Below are positions 33,730 to 34,960 of a DNA stretch of 34,960 bases, in pieces. The translations under genes and the position numbers were made by a program. Position 1 is the first letter of the stretch. Each line of letters starts with the position of its first letter. The notes under the pieces are model-generated. The model searched no databases and was not told where the DNA came from. It saw nothing but the letters and a program-made list of their open reading frames with translations. Source of the stretch: Candidatus Hadarchaeota archaeon (lineage in GTDB: Archaea > CAYQAE01 > CAYVLA01); the NCBI GenBank assembly GCA_964460695.1, contig CAYWSC010000001.1, positions 1 to 34,960 of the forward strand, written 5' to 3'.

Positions 33730-33737
33730 TTTTATGT
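33730..33737 (+). promoter_or_regulatory. TATA-like box (TTTTATGT) about 25 nt upstream of ATG 33758
   Basis: Same motif as the F3 box (CTTTTATGT) and similar spacing. Confidence 0.4.
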
Positions 33738-33757
33738 GACGAAGCTTACGCGAGTGC

Positions 33758-34759
33758 ATGCTCCACAGGATCAATCTTTACCCTTGGCCAGGGATGGATG
33801 CCGAGAAAGTCGTGTCGAAACTTGCAAAGGCAGGCTTCAACTCTCTATGCGTCCAAGCCAAGCCCGTAGACGGGGTCTCTCTGATAAACACTGGGTTCTT
33901 TCCGGGCGGCGACGGAAGTCTGTTGGACCGGATTATCGACATCGCGAAGAAGGAGGGGATGGAGGTCGTTGGGAGAATATCCTTGATGTGCGACATCCGC
34001 CTCTCGGCTGAGAGGAGTGATCTGCTGTCATATGCGCGCAACTCGATGCCCCTGGTACATCCGTACGTGGATCTAGACTGGTATGGATTCCTCTGCCCCG
34101 ACAGAGAAGAGATTATCTCCGCGTACCTAGACTTCGTAGAGACCCTCCTCTCTGAGCGGGACCTCGACGCAGTTGCGCTTGAGTATGTGGGCTACGCCTT
34201 TGCAAGGCAGGAGAATAGGAGGGTCCTGGCGTGTTACTGCTTTCATTGTAGGGAAAGATTTCGACAGGAGACCGGGCAGGATCCAATCGAGGTGTCCCAG
34301 CTCAGCGAGCAGTGGGTGAACTGGAGGGTCTCGAACGTCGCTAGGAACCTGAGGGCCCTGGCAAAGGTGGTCAAGCGAAACTCGGCCAGGCTTGAGGTTG
34401 TGCAGGATCAGGATGATACCCCCGATTTCCGGATCGAGAGTATGTATAGGCGTGCACTTGGAATAAGACTGGATCTCCTTCGAGACATAGTTGACAGGTT
34501 CGTCCCGCGAGCCAGGCATTCGCAGGCTCAGGTCTACTTCAGGCAGCTCAAGCATTTCCGGCAGATCCACGGAATGGATCTGGTGTCGGAGGTCGCCCGG
34601 GAGTGCATCAAGCGGCCGGAAGACTACCTGTACTTCCTTAAGGCAGCTGAGGCCGCCGGATGCTCGATATCATCACTTGAGGGGTTTGGCGCAGTTCACA
34701 ACGGTTTCGATCTCGACATGTTGTGGCGCATAAGCGAATTGGTATCGTCGCTAGGTTGA
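33758..34759 (+). CDS. Cytoplasmic GHL10-like (glycoside-hydrolase-like TIM barrel) protein
   Basis: 333-aa ORF with no signal peptide. The order GFNSLCVQAKP..., KKEGMEVVGRISL, DLDAVALEYVGYAF, CYCFHCRERFRQETGQDP, WVNWRVSNVARNL fits the pattern I associate with GHL10-type proteins. It echoes blocks in 2..1420 and 1612..3369. Confidence 0.55.
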   Translation: MLHRINLYPWPGMDAEKVVSKLAKAGFNSLCVQAKPVDGVSLINTGFFPGGDGSLLDRIIDIAKKEGMEVVGRISLMCDIRLSAERSDLLSYARNSMPLVHPYVDLDWYGFLCPDREEIISAYLDFVETLLSERDLDAVALEYVGYAFARQENRRVLACYCFHCRERFRQETGQDPIEVSQLSEQWVNWRVSNVARNLRALAKVVKRNSARLEVVQDQDDTPDFRIESMYRRALGIRLDLLRDIVDRFVPRARHSQAQVYFRQLKHFRQIHGMDLVSEVARECIKRPEDYLYFLKAAEAAGCSISSLEGFGAVHNGFDLDMLWRISELVSSLG

Positions 34760-34960
34760 TGCTTTGGGCGAGTCGGAGTCGGCGTCGAGATAGAGCATCC
34801 AGAATCTCTCGCCCCTTAATGTATAGACCCCTGCACAGAATCCTCCCCTCTTTTCGGCAAATGACTGTGCACTTTCGAACGAGTCAAAAGACGAGAGCAG
34901 GTAGTCCCTCCGAACTAGACGCGGTCCATCTTTTCTCGACGAGACACGTATGACGACGAC
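34751..34960 (-). CDS. Possible 3' end of a minus-strand gene entering from the right edge (unknown function)
   Basis: A 69-codon open frame runs from the window edge to TAG at 34751-34753: ...RDYLLSSFDSFESAQSFAEKRGGFCAGVYTLRGERFWMLYLDADSDSPKAST. It is absent from the track because no start codon lies in the window. It overlaps the convergent gene end by 9 nt. Confidence 0.3.
   Translation of the reverse strand, partial: VVVIRVSSRKDGPRLVRRDYLLSSFDSFESAQSFAEKRGGFCAGVYTLRGERFWMLYLDADSDSPKAST

Noticed and set aside
1-34960. Mobile elements, CRISPR arrays, RNA genes and classical defence genes
   Set aside because: I looked for direct or inverted terminal repeats, transposase/integrase/recombinase motifs, regularly spaced short repeats and tRNA-like cloverleaf segments in the intergenic regions and found none. 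The paralogy in the window is protein-level gene-family expansion, not repeated mobile DNA.

Overview
About 57% GC, gene-dense, and most likely from an uncultured archaeon. Evidence for archaeal origin: AGG/AGA Arg and ATA Ile codon preference; frequent GTG/TTG starts; GGAGG-type ribosome-binding sites inside operons; A/T-rich TATA-like boxes centred 25-30 nt upstream of several start codons, suggesting leaderless mRNAs. No rRNA, tRNA, CRISPR, transposase or integrase was recognised. The core (about 3.4-18.6 kb, plus a decayed copy at 23.5-25.9 kb) is an island of membrane-anchored exported proteins of unknown function. (i) Family 'F': six loci of about 410 aa (five intact, one interrupted) plus a C-terminal relic, each with a signal peptide, a ThuA/class-I-glutamine-amidotransferase-like ectodomain, a helical stalk, and an unusually conserved C-terminal helix plus basic tail (WVYxIEWL...LMVRRRLYRxVxxTR). 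(ii) A translationally coupled gene pair 'X' (N-terminally anchored, no recognisable domain) and 'Y' (ThuA-like, coiled coil, C-terminal helix), present twice intact and once as a decayed X. (iii) An 871-aa protein made of two 408-aa calcium-loop (DxDGDG) beta-propeller halves with sharply different synonymous codon usage. (iv) A 7-blade Reg_prop-type propeller with a Cys-rich cytoplasmic tail. (v) An embedded flavodoxin-like gene. The flanks are glycan-related: three GHL10-like proteins, a large cytoplasmic GH-like protein, a DegT-family aminotransferase, a clan GH-A-like TIM barrel, a URO-D-like protein, a MurG-like glycosyltransferase, an isochorismatase-like protein, and a MacB/FtsX-type ABC pair followed by a frameshifted BNR/Asp-box propeller. 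All functional calls rest on motifs read by eye. No database search was run.
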